Part shown: positions 46,890-61,061 of the stretch, piece by piece
Layout: each line of letters begins with the position of its first letter
Position numbering within the stretch: position 1 is the stretch's first letter
Source: Selaginella moellendorffii
Lineage: Eukaryota > Plantae > Lycopodiophyta
Reading direction: 5' to 3'
Assembly: GCF_000143415.4 (NCBI RefSeq)
Contig: NW_003314281.1
Coordinates: 360,833-424,832, forward strand
Length of the DNA: 64,000 nucleotides
The notes under the pieces: generated by a model
The model's database searches: none
The model's input: the letters and a program-made list of their open reading frames with translations, nothing else
Told to the model about the DNA's origin: nothing
Made by a program: the position numbers and the translations under genes

Positions 46890-47400
46890 TATAATATAAA
46901 GTTTGGGCTTAAACCCAAGTTAAATGTAAAATAAAAAACAATACACTCATTAGAGAGCCAAACAATGTCTCAAATGGTTAACCATACTTTTATCTTACCC
47001 TTTATCTCTATTATACACCAAAATTGGTAAATGCCCTATTAAAAGCTAACTTTAGGTTCTTTGGGATAAGTTTGAAAGCTTATTAAATATGAAATAATTT
47101 TAGATTATGAATTTAGATTATTCAAGACTCTTTACATAAGCCTAACTAGTAGATATATACCCTTTACATAAATAAGTAATAAGACCAAAATGGAATTAAC
47201 ACATAAAAATGATAGTAAAGACATGTTAATCTATTAAGGGACTAATTCTCAATCCATAAAGGTTCTTGCCAAGCTAGTATAAGTTAAAGCAAAAGAGAAT
47301 TATTCTTAGATAAATAAACACTTAGGAATTTCTTCTTTATCCTCGTAAAAAATAATTTGCACAAGTTTAAAATAAAAAAGAGAAAGCTTAATTTCTGGAT
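46890..47400 (-). repeat. Very degraded family A LTR
   Basis: tttgggcttaaacccaag and other strings colinear with 8240-8800. Confidence 0.55.
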
Positions 47401-47782
47401 GTGATAAAGCACCAATACTATCCCATGATTTTTGTTCCATAACTACATGTAGAGGACACATAGATGGCTTCCATGACACCAAGACACTCATCGTGCTGTG
47501 CTTAACCCACATAAAGATAATTGACCTTCCGTAAAAATCAAGAACCTAGAAAAGCTAAATCTCTTCTAATTAAGGTAAAATAACTAACATTTTTCTTTTT
47601 ACTTGTATTGTTGAGACAGACAATATCCTTTATGCCCTAACTATGCAAATTTAGTTGTAATGGCTTTTCAAGCTCAATTGTGAGCTTCTCAACGATGTAG
47701 CAGTTCTAAAATGGGCATAAACATTGGAGTCCATATTGTGTCAAAGCCCTTACTATGCTCAGATCTTGATTGCCCTTGCTCA

Positions 47783-48668
47783 TCATGTCATTCCCAAGCC
47801 AATCCTCTCCCTCAGTCCTAGCTCCTGCCACCCCCTTTTCTTGCCTCTGCTGTTGCCTCCCAAGAAGCTCCATCACCCATAAACTCATTCTTCCTGCCAC
47901 GGATTCACTTGTGTCCATGTCATTGTCTCACCTCACTTTGTTCTATGGGCTTATTATTGACTGCTACAGCTGTAGTGGTTCTCCCCTGGATAAATTAGAG
48001 ACGCTTCCATGCATTTCCCTTTTGCAGAGGGGGCCCAAAAATTATATACCACTTTACTGTGGTCCATCCTCGTGCCAAAACTAAGGTCCCAATTCATGCT
48101 GGACAAGAAGGGCACCATAGCCCAAAATGTCCCCAACACCTAGGGTGGATCACCAAGATCCCTATCACTAGCCTCCTTGGCCTCTTAGCCCCTGGCTAGA
48201 TGTGGGGTGGCTCCAACCTTTGGATGCACATCCCCAGCACCTGGGGTGGATCACCAAGAGCCCCCATCACTGGCCTCCTTGGCTCAAGTCATTCCTCAGC
48301 CCTTGGCTGAATGTACTTTTGGATGCCATACCCTGTGACCAAACCTCCTTAGGTCACATTGGCTGTCCTAGCCAGGAAAGTCCTTTTGGCGATGTGAGAG
48401 ATAGAAAAACAAAATTCAATTATACCAAAATTGAAAATAACAACAAAGAATTCATACAGACTCCAACTTGCCTAAGGTACCTCTCATCTCCACCATAAAA
48501 TGGGCATAAGCCCGAGCAAGGCTTATTGGAGTCCACACCATGTCGTCATGTTGTTCCCAAGCCAATCCTCTCCCTCAGCCACCCCCCTTTCTTGCCCCTA
48601 CTACTGCCTTCCAAGAAGTTCCATCGCCCACAAACCCATTCTTCCTGCCACATCAGATTCACCTGTGT
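47783..48668 (+). repeat. Pair of diverged ~130-bp direct repeats (47783-47915 and 48547-48668)
   Basis: Shared ttcccaagccaatcctctccctcag ... cattcttcctgccac. Confidence 0.7.
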
Positions 48669-48805
48669 ACAACGAAGAACCCTAACGTAGGCCACATCAG
48701 ACGCGTTGACAAACACATATCTGAAGAATATTCGTGAGGGCCCCTTTCCCTTTTAGTTGGCACTAAAACCTAGCCCTAAAACCCTTCTAGCTAGCTCGTG
48801 AAAGA

Positions 48806-50485
48806 ATGAAGGCGCATTTTCCAGAGTGTGCGCTCTCTGTGGACTCGCTTCTTCCTTTCCAGGATATGGAGGCGCAGATCATGTAAGTCCTGAGCGAGCG
48901 CTTGATCGATCGATCGCCAGAAAGAAATTTCTTCGTTTGATCTTGTCTTGCCGCCCAGAAATGTGTGCCGGGCCTTGATCCCGGAGCTTCAAGACGCCGA
49001 TGATTCAGATTTTGACGTTTGCCGGATCAATGGAGGGATCACAAACATTAGTGAGTTGGAGAATTGCAAGTTCCATCTCTCTTTTTTTTTTTGCTTTTAT
49101 GCAACGGGCGTGTTCTTTCGTTTGCAGTGGCTAAAGTTTCCAAGAAGGATCAATCTGTTGTTGTCCGCGTGTTTGGTCCTGCCACCGAGGGTGTGATCGA
49201 TCGGGATCGAGAAATCCAGGTTAGCATTGGGAGTAATCTTTGAGTAATTCCTTGATCTCAACTTCTTTTTCTTCGCAGGCAACCTGTCATTTTTCGCGAG
49301 CTGGGTTTTGTCCAGAGCTCAAAGGCGTCTTTAAAAACGGGATCATTCAAACGTTTGTCACGGCAAGGACGCTCACACCTGAAGGTTTTTTTTCTTCGTA
49401 AAGCTACTCTTTATTCTTTTGTTCATTTGAATTAGTTTGCCTAAGCTGGCAGATTTTCTGGACGATGCAGTCGTTGCAAAAGTTGCAAAAGAACTTCGAC
49501 GCCTTCATCAGCAAGAAGTTCCGGGCGAGAAGGAACCCATGGTCTGGACCGAGATTAACAGATACTTTGAGCTCGGTATGGCAACTTCTTGGGTTTCTTT
49601 CATATTTTTTTCGGTTGTTTGTGTAACAATGCTAGTGCTGCTGCTCCAGCGTCTGCTGTTACCAAGTTTGAGAATCCAGAAAATCAAAGGAAACTGGAGG
49701 CGGTGTCATTTGACGAGCTAAGGCAAGAGATCAATACATTGAAGGTTTGCGTTCCCAAAGCGATAGTAGTCAAGCCTACATTGGTTGATCTTTGCAGGAA
49801 ATCGGCGCTCGCTTGAAGGGACCTGTCGTCTACGCACACAACGATTTGCTTCCCGGCAATGTCATGGTTGATGCGCAAGGTGATAAATGTGTTTGAAGTG
49901 GAGGTTTTCAATATTTTTATACAGGGAAGTACTATTTTATCGACTTCGAGTACAGTGGATATAACTATCGTGGATTTGACATTGGAACTCACTTCAACGA
50001 GTATGCCGGACTCGATTGCGACTTTTGCGCGTAATCCACAGGCATTTTGGATCTTATTTGCGTTCTTATCCAAGCAATGCTCTTGTTTTGCAGCTATCCA
50101 AGCAAAGACCGGCAGCTAAACTTCTTGAGGCACTATTTGCGACCAGATGATCCTGAGAAGGTATTTTCTTATGATCTCGTCAATGTGGAAACGCTCGTGA
50201 ATTAACAGGCGACACATGAAGAACTGGAAGAGCTGTTTGTTGAGGCAAATTTCTACGCGCTTCCCGCTCATATTACATGGTCGGCTTGGGCAATTGTCCA
50301 GGTAAAAAGCTTTGGATATTTTTTTTATAGCGCTTTGAAATAACCCTGGCTTGCAGGCAACATCTTCAGCAGCAATCGACTTTGACTACATGTCATACTT
50401 TTTCAAGCGGATGAAGATGTATAGAGAGCAAAAGGCGAAGTTTTTGCCGGTGGTGAGAGGCTTCCTCGCTGGTAAAAGCAAGTAG
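48806..50485 (+). CDS. Ethanolamine/choline kinase (CEK4/EMB1187-like), multi-exon
   Basis: INGGITN, Brenner motif HNDLLPGNVM, YFIDFEYSGYNYRGFDIGTHFNEYAG, and IDFDYMSYFFKR. Confidence 0.92.
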
Positions 50486-51065
50486 CATATGGTTTGGATC
50501 TTGATCTCGTGCATGGGAACATAAGCTCTCGTTTTTAAGCTTGGCTGACAGCTACTTCTGGAATGAGTGGAAACTTATCCCTTCGTACACCTCTGTGCAA
50601 ATTGATCAGCACAAATTTAGAGACAACTCGGAAACATGCTGCGACATTATTCACCACGAACTCGTACGTCGATGGCTTTCAAGTTGACACCGCAACACAC
50701 ATTCTGCTGTGTTGTCCCACATGAAAGAATTGACCATCTTGACATTCTTGGACCAAAATCGAAGCATCACGATCAGGAAAGCTACAATCTCACCACTTCC
50801 ACCATCAAATGCCTCTTAGAATGAGAAATCAAAAGCACAGCACCCAAAAGGAACAGTAAAAGCAACGACAAATTCTCATAAACCGTATAGCTTTTGACCA
50901 ATGCGTTCTTGTCTAAATTCGTTTTGTTATTTACAATTTGGATTTTTACTCTCAATTATAGAATTTCAATCTTCAAAGTGAATGACAGGATCTTCATCCC
51001 ATCAAACCACATTTGTTGTTGGTTTGGTTGTGTTTCTCCTGGTAAACGAAAATGGCAGCGCTGGC

Positions 51066-52678
51066 TCACCTTTGCATGCACAGCGCTGCCTTCCAGGTGG
51101 ACAGGGGCGGCGTGGAGACGCACTGCCACGTGTAGAACATGTTCTTGACACGCTGGCCGATTACCTCGCACGCTGGCACCGCTGCCTCAATCTCGCGAAT
51201 CTCCTGCCGCGTCAGCTCCATTCCCACCGCCACCATGTTCTCCTCCAGGTGCCCAAACCTGGTGGTCCCAGGGATGGGGACCACGTCATCGCCCTGACTG
51301 TGCAGCCACGCCAGCGCCAGCTGGCCCGGCGCACACTTTATTCTCCGCGAGATGCTGTGGACTCGATCGAACAGCACCTTGTTTCGTGCCAAGTTCTCGG
51401 GAAAGAATCTGGGGATGGCAACCTGTTTGATCAAAGAGAAAGAATCACTCCACGGTTCTTCCACTCCAGGTACAGAGCTTGACTGCAAACAAACCTTGCG
51501 GAAATCGTTGGGGACGAGATCCTCCGTCACTGCTTTCCCCGAGAAGAATCCCCGCCCCAGCGGGCCATAAGCGACGATCCCGATCCCGAGCTCTCTGAAA
51601 GAGACAAAGTTTGTGAGTGAGAAAGAGAGAGAGAGAGATGAGTGAGACAATCGCCGACAGTATATCTATGGCGAGCAATGACACAGACGTGAGGTCTGTG
51701 TGCCATCGCCGTGTGTGTTTCTACGGTGAGATCAGAGAGTTCTTCAAGCCAAATACCTGCAAGTCGGGATGATCTCGTCCTCCACGTCTCGTACCCAAAG
51801 AGACCACTCGATCTGGACGGCAGTGATGGGATGGACTGCGTGCGCTCGCCGGATTGTCGATGCCGAAGCTTCTGAGAGGCCTATGTACTTCACCTTGCCT
51901 TCCTCTACGAGTTTTTTCATCTCTCCCACCTGAGAGGCAAGAATTCGACGTGAAGAAAATCATAGTAGACTATAGGAAGACCGAAGCAAATCATAGCTCA
52001 TAGACTATAGCAAGAAATATAAAGGTGAAAGTTCTACGAGGAACAAAGTTAAAACTAAGGACAAACGACCAAAGGACTGACAAACAAGGACGAAATGGAG
52101 AGAGCAAAGAAAGAAAAGGTTGTGAGAAAGAGAACTTACCGTGACCTCGATCGGGACGTTTGGATCCACCCGGTACTGGTAGTAGAGATCAATGTAGTCT
52201 ACATTGAGCCTCCGCAAGCTCGCCTCACAGGCAGCTCTCACATACTTTGGATCGCCGCGGATCGTCGCGGTCTTGCTCTTGTCCAGGCCAGCCACCGCGA
52301 ATTTCGTGGCGATCTGGACCCTGTCGCGGATCCCTCGGATTGCCTGGAAGAGAATCGATGAGTTCTTGGGGGAAACATGCGAGAGCGGGGTGTGTTCTTG
52401 GAAGGAAAACCTCGAAATTTCCAGAGGCATGCGAGAAATCTCACCTTGCCGACGAGGATTTCGTTGGCGAAGGGGCCGTAGCAGTCGGCGGTGTCGAGGA
52501 AGGTGATCCCCGACTCCACGGCACGGCGGATGAGCTCGATGGATCGCTCCTCGGGCGGGCTGGCGTGGTAAGCGCCGGACAAGCTCGCGCATCCCAGGCC
52601 CTGCTTGGACACCTCGAATCCCTGCGACCCCAGCTTCACTCTAGGGACATGGGGCAAGTTTAAATCCCAGCATCCCAT
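51066..52678 (-). CDS. Aldo-keto reductase (AKR13/IN2-2-like), multi-exon
   Basis: [59 protein letters not shown] and VPIPGTT. Confidence 0.93.
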
Positions 52679-53419
52679 GGCTAGAGCAGCCCCAAAACCC
52701 TGATCGAATCCGCGAATTCACCACCAGTAGGCCGAGCAGATCCACATGAGATTGGCGAGCAAGGAGCGAATTGACGCGGGGCGGGGCATTGGACTGGAGC
52801 GAGCGAGCGAGCGGCGGAGTGATCCAAGAAGAATTCCTTTGTGGCGCTTTCCCGACCTAGGTAGAGCAAATGCTGGACAAGGGCGAGAATGCCGCAGCGG
52901 TGGATCGCTTCGTGGATCACGCTAGAAACTTCGATTCAAAGCGCGAGGATGCAAATCAAACTCCTACTGCTCCCACGCCACCAGATTTGGGGGAAGAGAG
53001 AGAAATAGAAAAGAGAAGAGAAGAGGAGAGATTTAGATTCCAGCCAGCATTATTGACAAAAATTCCCTCTCTTTGTTGTTCGTTGGCACACCTCCTCCTC
53101 TTTCCCTTGTAAACAATTTTATCACTACTGGCACAGAGGAGGAGCTAGAATTTGGGGAATCTTCCCGGGCGAGCTTGGACAGAGGCATCACGCTATAAAC
53201 ACTGGGAAATTCCTAGTCTTTTTACTCCAATTTTCCGGAGAGTTACTTTTGTTTTTGCTTCTTCTAAGAACAGCACCACCAACCAGTTTAGCCAATGGAG
53301 AACTCGCAAAAAGCTTCACCCAAAGTCAAACGAATCTTTGCTGGTCTAGTTTGGTTTCACACGGGGCAAAGAAAAAAAAAAAATTAAAGGTCCACCAAGG
53401 TGGTGGAGTGAATCCAGAT

Positions 53420-54605
53420 TTGTCAAGCGTTTAATCTGTGAGTCTCCATGGTTTCTACGCAGCAAAAGGTGGTGAAGTTTGTGTGTTGTTCCACGAGAAT
53501 CTCAAAACCATGGGAACTTGGCGAGCGATTCTCGGTGGGTTTTTTTCTCAACGTACAAGCCTTGCAAAGCTTGCCGGCTACGAATTTAATCACGCGCAGC
53601 TTTGCTGGTCTAATAGACATTAGCGACATAGTTAGAAAACATGACAAGCAAAGATCATACCTCTTTCCTCGCTTTTGTCTTGCGATATCAAACGTTTACT
53701 TTCGTGCCACCAGTAGAAGCTTCTTCCACTGTTCCTGTTCCACCCTGCCTGGACGGAATGGACTGATTAGAAAACATCCTGTAGAAATTTCTCGCTACGT
53801 CTGCGTGCCGCAATCCGCAACAGTTGAGTCTCACAACTTCCATGAAGCAGCTCCGCGGATCTCTTTCCTTTCCGCGTGCTTCTGCATAAGCTTTGTACAA
53901 AGCACGAATGGAACCTTCCTTCGTGCAGTCTTTGAATACACAAAATGGCTCTTAAAGTTCTCGTCACTGCCTGGAAGACGAGTTTTAAAGTTTTCGCATA
54001 AGTTTGAGACTCTCCCAAATCTTGTACCTGGAGTTCGTGTGGTTCAAAGCTCGCGGTCGCGTGTTTCCAGTCAACATATCTCGTGAATAGTGACATCTTT
54101 CCTCCTCTCCAAAGAGTCGTTGATCAGTTGCCAACATTTCCACGCTGGGCAGCGACATTAATAAGTAGCCTCGACCCTGTGTCAGCTTCTTCTTCTTCTA
54201 GAAGATTGAAATCTGGGAAAGAGAAAATCAAAAGGAGAGAGAAAAGAAAATAAAAAGCAGGAAAACGATTCCCCGAGACGCAAAACATCTTCTAGAAACA
54301 TCACTGTACACTTAAGTGGGGTCTCTGTATGCTTCCTATCAGAGCACAGCAAAACACTTATTAGATATTCTTCCACCCCCAACTCTCCTTTCCAACCAGA
54401 GAAAATGAAATACGTACCTCAGCCGTAGTTTAAACAAAAGGGAGTGTACATTCTCTTGTTGCCAATGCCACCTAACCGTCCAATGAGAAAAAAATTCAAG
54501 AAATAAAAGACAGATCACATACTTTCTGTGTACAATGATCTGTCCCTCTTTGTCCATATGATGTGCTTCGATTGTGGCCACAGCATAAGGCTCTACACTT
54601 GTCAT
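53420..54605 (-). CDS. Possible multi-exon hypothetical gene
   Basis: ATG at 54605 divergent from tubulin, short intron-like pyrimidine tracts and partial ORFs. No recognisable domain and the exon structure is unresolved. Confidence 0.3.
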
Positions 54606-54846
54606 GCCTATCGCAAAAAACGATTTCTATAGAAACAAAAGAATTAAAACTAACCAGCGAGACCAGCGGAAATTTACGTAGAATGACGTCGAGACCACGT
54701 CGGTTCCGTTGTCACGGAAACGGGATTCACTAACTGGTCGTTAGCGGTTCCAGCGGTTACTTGCGGTTGAAATCTATAGCCCGTGTCCGTTGTTTACAGG
54801 TTACTTCGTCCATCGCCACAACCTTAAATTCCACACCGTTAATTGA

Positions 54847-56527
<1,681 letters not shown>

Positions 56528-56647
56528 AAATCTAGCTACATTGGAAGAAATGTGACCTAGCTCTTGTGTAATGAGAGAGAACTTCCCAAGAACCCTAAAA
56601 CTAGGTCGAAGTATGTTTTTGTAACGCGCAAGGGCGCGATTTCTCGC

Positions 56648-57705
56648 ATGAAGCGGAGCGTGGCGCCGATCAGGGAATACGCGCGGCGGAAGCGGCGCCT
56701 AGGTATGATCCTGCTGCCTGATCGCTAGCTATCTTGAATCGAAAATGCTGCTTCTTGAGGAAATATTGCAAATCTGTGCTCGATCTTCTCGATTCGTTCC
56801 GAAATATTCGATTGTTATGCTTGATCCTATCGATTTCTTTCCTTGACCTTCTGTTCTCTACAGAGCTGGAAAGATCTCGCCACTTGTATGATATTTTCTA
56901 CTTCCTGTGACTTTATTCCTTGCAGGGAGCAATGGAAGCAACGGGAGTGACGAGCATCGCATCGCTGCTCTTCGTAAGTACTCTTTATTGTATGAAAGTT
57001 TTTCTACACGCGTGTCCGTTTTCAATGGATCTAAGATGATTTTCTTTCCAGGTAGGCTGTCGAGGGATTCGCAGGCGCTTTCAAGCAATTTAACAGTTCT
57101 GTGATTAATTAAAATGTTCAAATTAATCTGGTGATACTCGCAGGAAAACCACGAGAAGGATGGAAATCTCAGGTACGAGTTAAAATCTTGTCATCAATCT
57201 TTATAAATGTTTTCCTTGTAGAAAACTCTCCAAAACCGAGGTTGCTCTTTATTTTTCTTGGAGAGGTCTATGGACTATATAATACAGGCTCAAATGAGCG
57301 GCCATGACTTGGCACCAGGAAGTCCATCGCTAGAGGAATTTTCTCGTCTGGACGAGTTGACAGAAAGCTTGATTTCTGCCATTGCAGGAAGCTCAGGTGC
57401 CGCCACTAACGAAAACGACACGCACCTCGCTTCTGGTACGCAGTTTTCTTTCTTCAAAAGTGTATGATTTATTTTCTTCAGGTGAACTGGCGCAACTGTC
57501 GGAAGATTGTCGGAAGGCCTTTGCCTACACAGTTTTGTGCTTAGTGTAAGCATAGCTCAAGTTAAAATTTTGACTTATCTTGTAGGTGATGGACGATGAG
57601 GACGATGCTGCGACTTTGAAGTACGTGTCAAAACCTTGCTCGTAACTTACGTCCTTTACTATTCTCCCAACAGGGAACTTCCTAGGCACGAGATCGTTCA
57701 TCTGA
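56648..57705 (+). CDS. Hypothetical small multi-exon gene (basic N-terminal motif YARRKRR)
   Basis: Regular series of small exons bounded by GT/AG with ~50-60-nt introns. No recognised domain and the ends are approximate. Confidence 0.45.
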
Positions 57706-58038
57706 TACTGCGCACAGTGCAACAGGTCTTAACTGTTTTTATTTTGTAATTTGTATTCGTTTTAACTCTGGAGACTTTCTGTGTGTTTAGACGATAGCAT
57801 TGCTGAAGAGAAAAGTTTCTGGCTAGAATAATAGATCAGAACAAGAAATGTACATAACACTCTATCGTCTAGATTTAAAGTATCGCGTGCAACTAAACAT
57901 AATAAGGTATGAATCCTGACTTTCTTATGGAACCTAATTTGCTTAGTATGTTGTACAGTCCCACGTTTTTCATCCTTCTACAAAAGTAGAGTTTTTATTA
58001 AAGAGTAAAGTGCCTGTGAACCCCGGAAGGAAGCTGAT

Positions 58039-59308
58039 ATGGATGTTCCAAGATTTCTGCTGTTGCTGGTAGCAGCCTTCTCATGTAAGGTAGCAGCGTG
58101 GGGCGATGTTGGACACATTGTTACCTGCCTGATCGCAGAGGTATGTTTTCAATGAGATATTCATCACCGTTTCTCTTATATGCACATTTCTCAGTCCTTT
58201 TTCAAGGCGCCGACTCAGAATGCAGTCACAGATTTGCTTTCCGCTACTGGCTTGAACTTCTCACAGAGCTGCACTTGGGCAGATCAAGTCAAACGCTCGT
58301 ATGCCTATCGTTGGAGCGCTCCCTTGCATTTTGCGGATACGCCCGACAACGTTTGTGGATACGACGATGAGAGTAAGGTACTAGAGTTAGACTGCGTAGG
58401 CTGACATGAAGGTTGGATGTTTCCAGGGGATTGTCACTTCCTGGGATTTAAAAACGTATGCTGCACTGCGGCTGTCTACAACTATACTTCGCAGCTTGAG
58501 AATCAACGTTTGCTCGCCTGTTAGTATCAAACTCTAAACTGCGTACTCTTTTGATTATGATTTGACAGATAATCGCACCGAGGCACTTATGTTCTTGTCC
58601 CATTACCTTGGAGATATTCATGAGGTTGTTTGTATTTCTGCTTGTTTTTAGTAAACTTCCTGATTTTCTGGACTGATTGCAGCCAATGCACATGGGATTC
58701 CTGGTGGCAATCGAGTCCGTGTTAGTTGGTACAATCGCTCAACCAATCTTCATCAGGTAAAAAATGGCTACATTTTGTTCGAGTCTGATTAGAATGCGCT
58801 TACAGGTGTGGGACGAAGATATTATTCACACGGCTATACAAAGGTACTATGGCGGCTCAATTGGGGTGATGGAACATAATATTAGAATGAGTATCACTGT
58901 AAGTCCTACTATTTATTTGCTTAGCTTCTCAGTCTCTAATTTTTTGTTCAGGCAGAAGAGGTTGCAAAATGGAAAAACTGCCGCGGTCGAAAGTTTGGCT
59001 GTCCACTGAGGCAAGTTCATACTTCCTTCAACTGAGAAAAATACCAATAATTTGAGTCTAGGTACGCTGAAGAAGGTGTCAAAATCGCTTGCGCTTGGGG
59101 TTACAAGGACGTGTCTCAAAACTTCACATTGGCTGGTTTGTGGTTACCCAATTGTTTTTCTCTATAAGATTCAGTTTGCTTTCTGGCAGATGAGTACTTT
59201 GAGACGCGCTGGCCGATTGTCAAAATGCTCCTCGCACGCGGAGGTGTTCGACTTGGTGGAATACTCAATGAGGTTTTCAACGAAGGGGCTGTTCGTAATT
59301 ATGAGTGA
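58039..59308 (+). pseudogene. S1/P1 (ENDO/BFN1-like) endonuclease copy 1, frameshifted
   Basis: Signal peptide, WGDVGH, WADQVK, LHFADTP and HYLGDIHEPMH. A 10-bp deletion at 58702/3 removes the D of DxGGN and shifts the frame. Confidence 0.85.
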
Positions 59309-59578
59309 TCGATCTGATGGTCGGTGAAAGCTATGAGAACAATATTTCTGTGAGTATGGTCTTTTATCCCGACAAGGCTATTACCAACTTTTAATCTTTC
59401 TTAGAGAGTAAGCTTTGCGGTAGCAATGCACTGTTCATTTCTTACAACAATAACATGCTACACTCCAATGTGCCTGTCTTGTTGGTTAGCTGGATTCCAG
59501 TGACTGTTCATACGGAAAAGAGGAATATTTTTCATTGCGAGCTTCGTTCTGGTTATTTGCAACACTCGCTTCTCGATT

Positions 59579-60849
59579 ATGGTTACCTTAAGGAGCGTGG
59601 TGTTGCTGTTGGCAGCATTCTCAGCCGAAGTTGCCGGTTGGGGCGACATCGGCCACATTGTTACCTGCACTATCGCACAGGTATTTCAACTCTAATTTCT
59701 ATCACTGTGTTTATTTCTTCTTCTTTTTCTTCAGTCTCTTTTCAAGGCACCGACTCAGAGCGCAGTCACTAGCCGTGACTAGCCTCAACTTCTCGCACGC
59801 CTGCTTATGGCCAGATCAAGTTAAACGTTCGTATGCTTATAGCTGGAGCGCTCCTCTCCATTTTGCAGACACACCCGACAACGTTTGTGGATTTGCTGAT
59901 AAAAGCAAGGAAAGAATTACTTCAGGTTCATTATAAGCTCACTCTAATATGCGCAGGGGATTGTCACTACTTTGGAGCTAAAAACGTGTGCATAACTGCT
60001 GCTATCTACAACTACACTTCGCAGCTCGAGCATCAGCACAACGTCACCTGTTAGTGCTAACTTTTGCTATTGCATTTCCACCTCACCAGTGTGATCTCAC
60101 AGATAATCTCACAGAAGCACTTATGTTCTTAGCTCATTTCTTGGGGGACATTCATCAGGTTCGCTCTTTGTCCTTTTTCTTTGTCTGAAACAGTGAACTT
60201 CTTGCAGCCAATGCATTTGGGATTCCTTGGCGATCTCGGTGGCAACACTATACTTCTGACTTGGTACAACCGCTCCAGCAATCTTCATCGGGTAAGTATG
60301 AAGCTACATCCTACAGAAGGTGTGATGCCGAAGTTGAACTTTGTAGGTGTGGGACTCAGATATCATCAACAAGACTCTGGAAAGATTTTATGCGGGTTCC
60401 ATTGCAAGCATGGAACATGATATCAAGAAAAGCATCACTGTGAACAACTTAGTTGCCATTTCTTCCCAGGTTACTTATCCGTGTTTAGGCAGAGGAGGCT
60501 GCAAAGTGGGGACACTGTCCTGGTGAAGAGTTTACCTGTCCAGTAAGGTAAGTGAGTAATTTGGTCTAAACTGGCAGAACAATCAGCACTGTGTCATTAT
60601 CAGGTATGCGAAGGAGAGCATCAAATTTGCTTGTGCTTCGGGTTACAAGGATGCACCTCAAAACTCTACATTGGCTGGTTTGTTGCTTGCACTTTTTATC
60701 CTTTCGTAAGTGACAACTCTTGTTACACAGATGCGTATTTCGAGACGCGTTGGCCAATTGTGAAACTGTTGCTTGCACGAGCTGGTGTTCGTCTCGCTAA
60801 TACTCTCAATAAGGTGTTAGACAAACTCGTGAACATTGTCCATGAGTAA
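59579..60849 (+). CDS. S1/P1 (ENDO/BFN1-like) endonuclease copy 2 (apparent frameshift near 59771)
   Basis: WGDIGH, WPDQVK, HFLGDIHQPMHLGFLGDLGGN, NLHRVWD and LARAGVRLA. An 8-bp deletion relative to copy 1 lies in exon 2. Confidence 0.8.
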
Positions 60850-61061
60850 GGAACTTATCTCTTGAATTAAAGGTTTCATTTTTACAGAGAAAGCATACTT
60901 AAAGAGACGAGTTTACTTAAGGCCGCGAAATGGCCACGTAGATATGGTCTTTCCAAAAATCCAATTGTGGATATGGCGGCGTGTGGAGTGAAGAATGAGG
61001 CTGTGGAGCTTTGGCGGCTTGTTCCAATCGTCGCCTTGGAGCTGGATTTGTAGCCCTCGCC

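Noticed and set aside
53448-54086. 212-aa plus-strand ORF
   Set aside because: No homology cues. Splice signals favour a minus-strand gene, so it is likely a shadow ORF.
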